NCBI GenBank assembly: GCA_041082215.1
Contig: JBDOIF010000152.1
Location: 1,235-65,234 of the forward strand
Source: Anaerolineae bacterium
GTDB taxonomy: Bacteria; Chloroflexota; Anaerolineae; B4-G1; DUEL01
Length of the DNA: 64,000 bases
Direction of reading: 5' to 3'
Shown here piece by piece: positions 53,866 through 62,740 of this stretch (the first letter of the stretch is position 1; every line of letters begins with the position of its first letter). The position numbers were made by a program, and so were the translations under genes. Below the pieces are notes generated by a model. That model had not been told where the DNA came from. It worked only from the letters and a program-made list of their open reading frames with translations, and did no database searches.

Positions 53866-55065
53866 TCAGGACTCTGCAGCCTGAATAGACTGCCAGAGCA
53901 GTTCCATTACATCCATTGCCCGCACGCGGATGCGGTTCTGCCGCGCTCCTTCCTGGAGGGTGCGCTTGCACTGCTGGCAGGCGGACGCCAGGATGCTGGC
54001 TCCTGTCGCCTGGATCTGGGCCAGCCGTTTTGCCGCGACGCCCATTGTGACAGCAGGGTCAGCCATCTCTACATCTCCGCCGCCGCCACAGCACAGCGCG
54101 CTCTGGCGAGACATAGACATCTCTCTCAATTCCAGCCCCGGAATGCGGGTCAGTATTTCCCGGGGTGGATCATATACGCCGCTCTTGCGCCCCAGGTCAC
54201 AGGGGTCGTGATAGGTCACCACGCCTTCCACTGGTCCCAATGGCGGGGCGGATTGTGCCATTCGTTCTGCCAGGAACTCGGTAGCATGCTGGAAATGGAG
54301 CCCTCGCACATCCGCCATCTCCGGATACAGGTGGGACCAGGCGTAGTAACAGGACGGACAGGTGAAGACCACCCTTTCCGCGCCCACCCTGCGCACCTGT
54401 TCCAGGTTGTGTCGGGCGATTTCCGCCATCTGATCCCGCAGTCCCGCGACATAGAGCGGGTATCCGCAACACCACTCGTCTCCGCCCAGGGTGGTAAACT
54501 CCACCTCTGCCCGCTCCAGCACTTTGACCGTTGCCTGAGGGATGGAGTACGCGCGCGGGTAGAACGACCCCACGCATCCCACAAAATAAACGACCTCCGC
54601 CGTTCGCCGCAGGGGTTGCACGCCCACCGGTGGGTCGGGCATATTCTGGCTCCATACCAGACGGTTGGCGTTCTCGTCGCCGGAGATGTTGTACTGGCTG
54701 GTGACGGTCTGGCTGACTCGCAGCAGCAGTTGGGGGACTTCCAGGCCCTGGCGCTGGACGTACTCCCGAAGGGCCACCATCGTATCCGTGATCTGGATGC
54801 CCCGGGGGCAACGGACCTGGCAGGACTTACAAACCGTGCAGAGCCAGAAGGTGCGGCTGGTCAATACCTCCGCCGTTAGTCCCAGCTGCACCATTCGCCA
54901 CAACTGACGCGGGGTATAATCCATCGCGTAGGAGGTGGGACAGGAAGCGGAGCATGTGCCGCACTGGATGCAGGAGAGAATCTTTTCCCAGCGGCCGGGG
55001 GTCACCTGCTGAGCAAACGTCCGGTCCGCCTGGGCGAGGTCCAGGATTTCAGGGGGGTTGGTCAT
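53866..55065 (-). CDS. HdrC-HdrB fusion protein (HdrD/GlpC-like; 2x[4Fe-4S] + two CCG domains)
   Basis: N-terminal CIQCGTCSASCP...CTVCKSCQVRCP; C-terminal CCG motifs (DEWCCGYP..., LCCGGGG). Confidence 0.8.
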   Translation of the reverse strand: MTNPPEILDLAQADRTFAQQVTPGRWEKILSCIQCGTCSASCPTSYAMDYTPRQLWRMVQLGLTAEVLTSRTFWLCTVCKSCQVRCPRGIQITDTMVALREYVQRQGLEVPQLLLRVSQTVTSQYNISGDENANRLVWSQNMPDPPVGVQPLRRTAEVVYFVGCVGSFYPRAYSIPQATVKVLERAEVEFTTLGGDEWCCGYPLYVAGLRDQMAEIARHNLEQVRRVGAERVVFTCPSCYYAWSHLYPEMADVRGLHFQHATEFLAERMAQSAPPLGPVEGVVTYHDPCDLGRKSGVYDPPREILTRIPGLELREMSMSRQSALCCGGGGDVEMADPAVTMGVAAKRLAQIQATGASILASACQQCKRTLQEGARQNRIRVRAMDVMELLWQSIQAAES

Positions 55066-55196
55066 CTACAGCCTCCCGGTTTGGGATTCAGAAGCAGCGG
55101 GGGATGTTGTATCACATAAACTATATCCTGTCAAGAGAAATACCTGAAGGATACAGCAGGCATCGTGTCGGGTAACCTGGCAAACCCTTATTGAAA

Positions 55197-55238
55197 GAAG
55201 CGTTTTGCGATGGCAAAGTCATCGCAAAACGCTTCTAT
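55197..55238. terminator. Perfect 16-bp-stem hairpin (GAAGCGTTTTGCGATG gcaaagt CATCGCAAAACGCTTC) downstream of the FNT-REC gene
   Basis: Unusually AT-rich palindrome in the 190-bp gap between the FNT-REC gene and the hdrCB gene. Confidence 0.45.
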
Positions 55239-55256
55239 GTAGTAGTAAACCGGCCC

Positions 55257-56522
55257 TTATCCGCCCGCCTGGGGCAAAAAGCGGCGAACGGTGTGCAGAA
55301 GATGGTCCGGGTCTATCGGTTTGCTGATCCAGGCGTCTATCGGGATGTGCAGGGTATCGGGCAGAAGGCCAGCGTACTGGCTGCTATCAATGCTGGAGAC
55401 CATCACCACCGGGATAGGCCGCAGGGCCGGGTCCGCCGCGATTTCCTGGGCGACACCCGCGCCTTCCAGCGGCGTCGCCATCATCACGTCCAGCATGACC
55501 AGGTCCGGCTTCTCCTCCCGCATCATCTTCAACGCCTGCTGCCCGTTGCTGGCGGTCGCGACCTGATACCCCGCTTTGCTGAGAATCCGCCGGGAGAGGT
55601 CCACGAAGTCCGGGTCATCGTCCACCACCAGAATCCTCAGCGCCACTCCTGGCTTGACCTCCACCTTCTTCTTCGGTCGCAGATAGATGAACCAGTAGGC
55701 CAGGCCGACAAAGCCTGCGCCGCCGATGATGTTCCCGATGGTCACCGGCAGCAGATTTCTCAGGAAGAAGCCCCCCCAGGTAAGCGCGGCGAAGTCGGCG
55801 GGCGTCTTGCCGATGGCTTCCCAGAAAGCCGCTGGTGCCCATGACTTGATGAAAAGGCCGATCGGGATGAGGTACATATTGGCGATACTGTGCTCAAACC
55901 CGGCGGCGACAAAGGCAGTAATGGGGAAGATGATGGAGAGGATTTTATCCGTTGTGGACCGGGCCGACGCGCAGAGCCACACCGCCAGGCAGACCAGCGC
56001 ATTACACATAATGCCCAGCGCGGTGGCCTGAAGGAATCCCAGGCTGCATTTCGCGTTGGCGATAGAGAGTGCGTTCAATCCCAGCGCGCCCGAGGCAAAG
56101 GTGTACTGGCTGGTAAGAAACATCACCAGCGCGGTGAAGATAGAACCGATGAAGTTGCCCGCGTAGACAATGGCCCAGTTGCGCAGGAGTTGGACAGTGG
56201 TGACCCGGCGGCTGGCGTAGGCCATCACAATGAGATTGTTGCCGGTGAACAGTTCTGCCCCAGCGACCACGACCGCGATCAGGCCGAGGCAGAAGACCAG
56301 GCCGCCTGCCAGCCGGATCAGTCCATACGGCACACCAGCCGCGCTCAAGCCGGTCGTCACGGTGGTCAGGAAGATACCACCCGTTCCGATAAACGCGCCG
56401 GCCAGAACGGCAAGAGCGAACATCGTCCAGAAATCCAGGTTCGCTTTGGTGACCCCCACCTCTTCCATACGGCTGGCCATTTTCGCCGGTGGGAAGGCAT
56501 CAATTTGCAATTCACTGCTCAT
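55257..56522 (-). CDS. Formate/nitrite transporter (FocA/FNT) fused to a C-terminal response-regulator receiver domain
   Basis: An FNT core (FLTTVTTGLSAAG...LFTGNN...AAGFEHSIANMY) followed by RILVVDDDPDFVDLSRRILSKAGYQVATASNGQQALKMMREEKPDLVMLDVMM..., i.e. a CheY-like REC with the phospho-acceptor Asp context. Confidence 0.75.
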   Translation of the reverse strand: MSSELQIDAFPPAKMASRMEEVGVTKANLDFWTMFALAVLAGAFIGTGGIFLTTVTTGLSAAGVPYGLIRLAGGLVFCLGLIAVVVAGAELFTGNNLIVMAYASRRVTTVQLLRNWAIVYAGNFIGSIFTALVMFLTSQYTFASGALGLNALSIANAKCSLGFLQATALGIMCNALVCLAVWLCASARSTTDKILSIIFPITAFVAAGFEHSIANMYLIPIGLFIKSWAPAAFWEAIGKTPADFAALTWGGFFLRNLLPVTIGNIIGGAGFVGLAYWFIYLRPKKKVEVKPGVALRILVVDDDPDFVDLSRRILSKAGYQVATASNGQQALKMMREEKPDLVMLDVMMATPLEGAGVAQEIAADPALRPIPVVMVSSIDSSQYAGLLPDTLHIPIDAWISKPIDPDHLLHTVRRFLPQAGG

Positions 56523-56590
56523 CGGTCTCCTCCTGTGGAAGCGGGATGGATTAGAACGGTTCCTGCAGTGTGCAACTGCATCCGGCTATG

Positions 56591-56779
56591 TTATTGTGCC
56601 ACCAGTTCCACCACGTCCATCACCCGGATACGGAGTTTCTCGTGCCGGGCTGCGCCCGCCAGGGTCCGCTTGCACTGATGGCAGTTGGAGAGCAGGATTT
56701 TCGCGCCTGTGACCTGTACCTCACCGATGCGCCGCTGGGGGACCGCTGCGACCAGTTCTTTGCGCCTCTGCGGTGGGTT
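56591..56779 (-). pseudogene. In-frame HdrB C-terminal remnant following the hdrC TGA (deletion scar, or part of a recoded read-through)
   Basis: After the TGA at 56780..56782 the same frame continues NPPQRRKELVAAVPQRRIGEVQVTGAKILLSNCHQCKRTLAGAARHEKLRIRVMDVVELVAQ*, homologous to the C-terminus of the HdrCB fusion (ILASACQQCKRTLQEGARQNRIRVRAMDVMELLWQ). Confidence 0.45.
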
Positions 56780-57160
56780 TCATCCTGTGGCCTTTCCCAG
56801 GACCGCCCGCACCCGCCCGGGTGGGGCCAGCTCCACCGGTTCCAATCCCCACAGCGCGCGCCCTTCATTGACCTCCGGGCCCACACACAGGGCATAGCCA
56901 CAGGCCAGGACATTCTCAAAGGCCTGTCGGTACCCCTCCGGCGCCGACCTTCGGCGGCGTGCTTCCATCATCAACTCGTGGATGTCCACCCCGGCGGGGC
57001 AGGCCTCCTGGCAGCGCCAGCAGGAGGTGCAGAGCCACACATCGTAAACAGGATCACCGGCCAGGAAGGAGACGATGGCGTGCCCTCCCACCGTCTCCAC
57101 CGGGCAGACGGTGACACAGAGGCCACAGCCCAAACACTCGTCCGGTCGGTTCACTGCCAT
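56780..57160 (-). CDS. hdrC: Heterodisulfide reductase subunit C-like ferredoxin
   Basis: CLGCGLCVTVCP...CTSCWRCQEACP. Confidence 0.75.
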   Translation of the reverse strand: MAVNRPDECLGCGLCVTVCPVETVGGHAIVSFLAGDPVYDVWLCTSCWRCQEACPAGVDIHELMMEARRRRSAPEGYRQAFENVLACGYALCVGPEVNEGRALWGLEPVELAPPGRVRAVLGKATG

Positions 57161-58005
57161 TCCTCCTTCCGCAGCCCCAGCCGCTCCGCCGGAAGCCCCA
57201 TTGCCAGCCCGATCAACTGTGGCAGAAGGAGCGCTCGCCTGCGCAGGGCTTCGTCATTGCCCGCAATCTTGCGCTGAAAGCGACGGAGGAGCAAATGGCA
57301 GTTCCCGCAAGCATAGAGCAGCAGGTCGGCCTCTTGCACCGCCTCGAGTCTCCGCCGCCCGGCCCTCAGGGCCAGTTCTGGATCGGCCAGATAGACCGTC
57401 GCCCCGCAGCACTCGTCCTCCCCGCCATACTCCAGGACCTCCGCGCCGGTCAGCTCCACCAGGCGGCGAAGGCTCTGTGGTTCCACCGGGTCGTCGAAGC
57501 CCATCACCTCGCCGGGGCGAAAGGCCTGGCAGGGGTTGATGAACGCCACCCGGAAGGGTAGCGGGCGGACGATCCGCGCCCGCACTCCCTCCTCCCGCTC
57601 GGCCAGCAACCGGATCAGGTGGATCGGCTCCACCTCCCCCGCGACCGAAAGCCCCATTGGCTCCAGCCGCCGGTTCGCCTCGGTCCGCACCCTGGGATCG
57701 GCCCGGAGCGCGCGAGCGGCGCGGGCCAGGGTGTTGGTGCAACCCCCGCACACTGTGACCACCTGCCGGTGGCCCATCCGCTCCACCAGCGCCAGGTTGT
57801 AGGCTGCCAGGTAAACCCAATCAGCGGTGAAGGATTCGACGACGGGCGAGCCACAACAGGCGGCCTGCTGGACCAGCTCCAGTTCCATTCCCAGCGCCTC
57901 CAGCACCGCCCGGGTGGCCGCCTCGTATTCGGGCATGCGCTGGAGGACCAGGCAGCCGGGGTAGAAGGCAAATTGCAGGTTACAGGTTGCAGACTGCAGA
58001 GCCAA
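57151..58005 (-). CDS. hdrB: Heterodisulfide reductase subunit B-like (two CCG domains)
   Basis: FYPGC...CCGSP and INPCQ...CCGAT motifs; the N-terminal ~10 aa overlap a CAGGTTR repeat (57975..58002), so the start is uncertain. Confidence 0.75.
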   Translation of the reverse strand: MALQSATCNLQFAFYPGCLVLQRMPEYEAATRAVLEALGMELELVQQAACCGSPVVESFTADWVYLAAYNLALVERMGHRQVVTVCGGCTNTLARAARALRADPRVRTEANRRLEPMGLSVAGEVEPIHLIRLLAEREEGVRARIVRPLPFRVAFINPCQAFRPGEVMGFDDPVEPQSLRRLVELTGAEVLEYGGEDECCGATVYLADPELALRAGRRRLEAVQEADLLLYACGNCHLLLRRFQRKIAGNDEALRRRALLLPQLIGLAMGLPAERLGLRKEEWQ

Positions 58006-58087
58006 AAGCCGGCGTCCCTATAATATGCTGCGATCCCGTGTATAACAAGTGCAGGTCGGCACGCAGAAGGGATGACATCCGTCGCTC

Positions 58088-59128
58088 TTACAGCGCCACC
58101 ACCCGGGCGAAGTCCGCCGGGGTCACGCCGGGGGTCTCGATATGGTACTCGGCATAGAAGCGGGAGATGATCGGCTCCACTTCCTCCAGCCTTGCCCCTA
58201 TCAGTGCGCTTTCCAGATCTGTCAGCCGCTCCGCTGGATAGAAGAAGAAGTCGCCAGAGAGGGAGACACTCTCGATCACTCCTTCTCGCACCTCGGCCGT
58301 GGCGCGGATGAGGCCGCCGGGGGCTTTGTAGGCCCGCTGAACCACCTGGACGCCGGAGCGGATGGTGACGGCACGGCCTTCCTGGGGCCGGCCGTGGCGG
58401 AACAGCCACTCGTCGGTGAGCATCCTCTGCGCCAGCCGGTCCGCCTCCGCCCGCCATTCGGCATCCACCTCCGTCACCACCTCCATCGGCCCCAGCACAT
58501 CGGCGAACCTCTCCGCCAGCAGGTCCCACAGTTCCTCGCGCGGCGGCGCTGTGCCCAGCTCCCTCCGGATAGTGGAGAGATTATCCTGCAGGGTCTTGTA
58601 GACTTTATCGCGGAACTTCTCGTCGGGCACCCGCAGCACCCGTACCATCGTCTCGTAGTCAAAATCCACAATCAGGTTGCCGACGAAGACGATGTAGTCG
58701 CCGATCTCGGCCACGCCGTTGCCGGAAATCTTGCGGCCGTTGGCGATGATGTCGTTGACCGGCTTGTACTCGGCGGGGATGCCCAGAGCCCGGTAGGCGG
58801 CGATGGGGGCCTGGAGAAACTTCTGGTAGAACGCTGCCTTGTCCTTCGGGACCAGCGGGTTATCCTTGTGGATGATTAACTGGTAGAAGAGTTGTTCGCC
58901 ATCCAGATAGACGGCGCCCCCTCCCACCTCTCGCCGGAAGACCGGAATGCCGCGCTCCCGGCAGTAGTCCAGGTCCACCTCCTGCGCGGCGTCCTGGAAG
59001 TAGCCGATGCAGACGTAGGGGGATGCAGGGGAAAGCAGATTCAGCCCCTCCCGCCCGATGCGAGGAAGGGCATGGTAGAGAATTTGGGAGTCCTGCCAGG
59101 GTACGGTCTCGAGGCGGTAGAGTTTCAT
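58088..59128 (-). CDS. lplA: Lipoate-protein ligase A-like (LplA/LipB/BirA catalytic fold + LplA C-terminal domain)
   Basis: MKLYRLETVPWQDSQILYHAL...RREVGGGAVYLDGEQL...K(I)SGNG lysine motif; AGGAGG RBS before the ATG at 59128. The tracked N-terminal 11 aa are rejected. Confidence 0.7.
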   Translation of the reverse strand: MKLYRLETVPWQDSQILYHALPRIGREGLNLLSPASPYVCIGYFQDAAQEVDLDYCRERGIPVFRREVGGGAVYLDGEQLFYQLIIHKDNPLVPKDKAAFYQKFLQAPIAAYRALGIPAEYKPVNDIIANGRKISGNGVAEIGDYIVFVGNLIVDFDYETMVRVLRVPDEKFRDKVYKTLQDNLSTIRRELGTAPPREELWDLLAERFADVLGPMEVVTEVDAEWRAEADRLAQRMLTDEWLFRHGRPQEGRAVTIRSGVQVVQRAYKAPGGLIRATAEVREGVIESVSLSGDFFFYPAERLTDLESALIGARLEEVEPIISRFYAEYHIETPGVTPADFARVVAL

Positions 59129-59149
59129 GAATTCCTCCTGTTTTTGGGT

Positions 59150-59238
59150 GTCGGGCGTCAAACGTCAGGCGTCAAACGTCAAACGTCAAACGTCAGGCGT
59201 CAAACGTCAAACGTCAAACGTCAAACGTCAGGCATCAA
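59150..59238. repeat. Tandem array of about 13 GTCAAAC / GTCAGGC heptamers
   Basis: gtcgggcgtcaaacgtcaggcgtcaaacgtcaaacgtcaaacgtcaggc...gtcaggcatcaacc, between mvhD2 and lplA. Confidence 0.85.
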
Positions 59239-59656
59239 CCGCTGCTCGCATCTCCAGCGGGCCCAGCCGGCGCACCTTTTCGGTGAACTCCCGCACCGTC
59301 TGGGCAAACAGCTCCCCCTCCGAGGAAGAGACCCACTTGACCAGGAATCGCTCCGGCTCGATGCCGGTGAACGCCAGCAGGGCCTTGAGGACCGGCATTC
59401 GGCGGGCGGTGCGGTGGTTGCCGGTGGCGTAGTGGCAGTCGCCGATATGGCAACCCAGCACCATTACCCCATCGGCTCCCTCTTTGAAAGCGCGGATCAC
59501 CAGCTCCGGCGCGACCCGTCCCGAGCAGGGGACGCGGATGATCTTGAGGTTGGGAGGGTACTTCAGCCGGGTCGCCCCGGCCAGGTCCGCTCCGGCATAA
59601 CTGCACCAGTTGCAGAGGAAACCGATGATCTTCGGCTCGTAAGCCTGCTCGCTCAT
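59228..59656 (-). CDS. mvhD: MvhD/FlxD-type iron-sulfur subunit, paralog 2
   Basis: IIGFLCNWCSYAGADLAG...VPCSGRVAPELVIRAF..GADGVMVLGCHIGDCHY. Confidence 0.85.
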   Translation of the reverse strand: MSEQAYEPKIIGFLCNWCSYAGADLAGATRLKYPPNLKIIRVPCSGRVAPELVIRAFKEGADGVMVLGCHIGDCHYATGNHRTARRMPVLKALLAFTGIEPERFLVKWVSSSEGELFAQTVREFTEKVRRLGPLEMRAAVDA

Positions 59657-59665
59657 CCCAGCCTC

Positions 59666-59715
59666 CTACGGAATACGCAGTACGTACTACGTATTGCGTG
59701 TCGCGTATTGCGCCC
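59666..59715. repeat. TACGGAA/TATTGCG-family repeat overlapping the hdrA2 3' end
   Basis: ctacggaatacgcagtacgtactacgtattgcgtgtcgcgtattgcgc; it encodes the last residues (AMRAQYATRNT) of the tracked HdrA2 ORF. Confidence 0.6.
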
Positions 59716-61678
59716 GCATCGCGAAGATCGCCCCCATCATCTCCGAAACCAGTTGCCGGTCGGTGAAGTGACGGAGGGTGATCGCTTTGGAAGGGCAGGC
59801 TCCGGCGCAGGTGCCGCACCCCTTGCAGAGCGCATCGATCACATGGGCGACCCTGCGCTCTTTCAGGTATTCGATGGCCGCGTACGGACAGGACTGGATA
59901 CACTGCCCGCAGCCGGTGCACATCAGCTCGTCCACGAGGGCGGTGGCCGACTCTACCTTCACCTCTCCCTGGCCGATGAGGGAAAGGACCCGCGCCGCCG
60001 CCGCCGAGCCCTGGGCCACCGAGTCCGGGATGTCCTTCGGCCCCTGAGCGCACCCGGCGACGAGCACCCCGTCGGTCATCGTCGCCACCGGGTCCAGCTT
60101 GGGGTGCTTTTCCCTGAACCACCCGTCGGCGTCGGTGCTGATGCCGAAGAGACGGGCCACTTCCCGGCTGTCGTGGCGCGGTTCCAGGCCGATCGCCAGC
60201 ACCACCATATCCACCGGCAGCCGTCGCTGCCGCCCCACCAGGGAATCGTCGAACTGGACGACCAGTTTTCCCTCCTCCTCCGGCCCGCGTGCAGCGTCCG
60301 TCACCTGGGCCACCTTCCCGCGGATGAAGTGGATCCCCTCATCCAGCATCCGGTGGTAGAACTCCTCATATAGCTTGCCGGGGGCGCGAATGTCAATATA
60401 GAAGTTATATACCTCGGCGTGGGTCTTATGGCGGATCAGGTGGGCCAGCTTCAGGGAGTACATACAGCAGACCCGGGAGCAGTATTCGTGGTACTTCTTG
60501 TCCCGGCTGCCCACGCAGTGGATGATGGCCACCTGTCGGGGGACCGTTTCCCCATCCCGCAGGACCACCTTGCCGCCGGTAGGACCAGCCCCGCTGAGCA
60601 TCCGCTCCATCTCCAGGCTGGTGAAGACGTTGGGGAAACGGCCGTAGCCGTACTGGGGAATCCGTCGGGCGTCGAAGGGATCGAAGCCGGTGGCGAGGAT
60701 GATGTTGCCCACCTGGACCTCCAGGATGGTGTCCTGCTGGTTGTAGTCTATGGCGCCGGTGGGGCAGACCTTTTCACAGAGGCGGCAACGGCCTTTGGTA
60801 AACCAGAGGCAGTTGTCGCGGTCAATGACGGGGACGGGGGGCACTGCCTGGGCGAAGGGGCGGTAGACCGCCTTCCGATACCCCAGCCCCGCCTCGTAGG
60901 CGGCGTCAACGACTTTCGTGGGGCACTTTTCCTCACACGTACCGCATCCGGTGCACTTCTCTGCATCCACCGACCGGGCCCGAACGCGGATGCGGACCAC
61001 AAAGTTGCCCACATAGCCGGAGACGCTTTCCACCTCGCTGTAGGTCAGGAGATTGATGTTGGGATGCCGACCGGCATCCATCATTTTGGGCCCGAGAATT
61101 CAGGCACTACAGTCGAGCGTGGGGAAGGTCTCATCCAGTTGAGCCATCCGGCCGCCGATGGAAGGCTCCCGTTCCACCAGATAGACCGGGTAGCCGGCGT
61201 TGGCCAGCTCCAGGGCCGCCTGGATGCCGGTGATCCCCCCGCCGACGACCAGCGTGGCCGGGTTGATGCGCACCCGGTTTTCCTCCAGGGGCTGGTGGTG
61301 GCGCACCCTTAGGACCGCCGCCTCGACCAGGGCTTTTGCCTTCCCGGTGGCGATCTCGGGGTCATCGTGGACCCAGGAACACTGTTCGCGGATGTTGGCC
61401 ATCTCGAAGAAGTAGGGGTTGAGACCTGCCTCTGCCACAGCTCGCTGGAAGGTCGGCTCGTGCATCCGCGGGGTGCAGGAAGCCACCACCACCCGGTCCA
61501 GTCCCAGCTCCTGAATGTCCTTTTTGATCAGCTCCTGGCCCAGGCTGGAACACATGAAGCGGTAGTCGCGGGCCACGGCCACCCCCGGCAGGTCGGCGGC
61601 CCAGCGGGCCACCTCCGCCACGTCTACCACACCGGCGATGTTGGAACCACAGTGGCAGATGTAGACGCCGATCTTCAT
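59687..61678 (-). CDS. hdrA: Heterodisulfide reductase subunit A, selenocysteine-containing paralog 2; in-frame TGA at 61100..61102
   Basis: Tracked ORFs 61100..61708 and 59687..61084 share a frame: ...ETFPTLDCSA-[TGA]-ILGPKMMDAGRHPNINLLTYSEV...; the same architecture as paralog 1 (about 75% identity by eye). Start set at MKIGVY. Confidence 0.85.
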
Positions 61679-61753
61679 CGAGCACCCCCATTTGTAGTTG
61701 TGCGGCACTTCGCTACGCTTCGTGCCTCAATACGAACACCCAACCGTTTGTAG

Positions 61754-62740
61754 TCAGCGACGGAGCGAAGCGGAGTCGCGCTGTACGGCCGCCAGCGGTT
61801 CGGGCATCGGCAGGCCGGTCCGCTCCCGGCGCGGTTTGCGTTCCGCTGTCTCCTCTTCGGGTGGCGGGTTGCGGAACTTCTCCAGCACCCGTTCCGCCGA
61901 CACGATCTCCTGCCCAAAGCCCAGTTTCTCCGGCTCCAATCCGAAGGCCAGGCCCATCATCTGGGTGAAGTAGAGGACCGGGATGTGGAAATCGGTGCCG
62001 AAGTGGGAGTTGACCTGTCCCTGGTAGGCGTCCAGGTTGAGCTGGCACATCGGGCAGGCAGTGACGAGGGCGTCCACCTCCAGCTTGGCCGCGTTGTAGA
62101 GCAGGTAGTGGATCATCCTGTAGGCGGTCTCGGCGTCCAACTGGGTCATATGGCCGCCGCAGCAGTTGGCCCGCAGGGTGTAATCCACCACCTCCGCCCC
62201 CAGCGTCTCCAGCAGCCGCTCCATCCGCGAGGGGTATTCGAAGTTGTCGCGCCCCTCTGGGCGGACAGTGACACAGCCGTAGTAGGCGGCCAGCCGCAGC
62301 CCCCGCAGCGGCGCCTTCACGTGGGCTCCGATCTCCTCCAGGCTGAAATCCTCCACAACCACCTCCAGCGCGTGGCGGGAGTGGACCCGGCCCGGATCAT
62401 AGTGGAGCTTCCCCGCCGCCAGCGCCTCGTTCACCGCCGCTGCCAGCTTGGGATGGGCAAGCATATTCTTGTCGGTCTTCAGCATATTGTAGTAACAGGC
62501 GGAGCAGGGGGCCACCACCTCCTTCAGGTCGGGGGGCACCAGCGCCAGGTTGCGGGCCACCAGCGCGTAAGCGGGGAGCAGGTCGAGGGAAAAGTACTCC
62601 GTTGCCCCGCAGCAGTTCCAATCGGGGATCTCCACCAGCTCGATCCCCAGAACCTCTGCCACGGCGCGGAAAGACTCGTCGTAGGCCGCAGCGTTCCGTT
62701 CCAGCGAACAACCGGGGTAGTAGGCGTACCGTCTCACCAT
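61754..62740 (-). CDS. hdrB: Heterodisulfide reductase subunit B-like, paralog 3
   Basis: MVRRYAYYPGC...NCCGATE and GCV...NCCGGH CCG motifs; start set at the ATG 62740 (GGGAGGTG RBS), and the long tracked upstream extension is rejected. Confidence 0.8.
   Translation of the reverse strand: MVRRYAYYPGCSLERNAAAYDESFRAVAEVLGIELVEIPDWNCCGATEYFSLDLLPAYALVARNLALVPPDLKEVVAPCSACYYNMLKTDKNMLAHPKLAAAVNEALAAGKLHYDPGRVHSRHALEVVVEDFSLEEIGAHVKAPLRGLRLAAYYGCVTVRPEGRDNFEYPSRMERLLETLGAEVVDYTLRANCCGGHMTQLDAETAYRMIHYLLYNAAKLEVDALVTACPMCQLNLDAYQGQVNSHFGTDFHIPVLYFTQMMGLAFGLEPEKLGFGQEIVSAERVLEKFRNPPPEEETAERKPRRERTGLPMPEPLAAVQRDSASLRR

Noticed and set aside
55066-55256. Possible small gene or sRNA in the 190-bp gap between the hdrCB gene and the FNT-REC gene
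   Set aside because: Only a 73-aa low-complexity plus-strand ORF; the space is better explained by the palindromic terminator at 55197..55238 plus the hdrCB promoter region.
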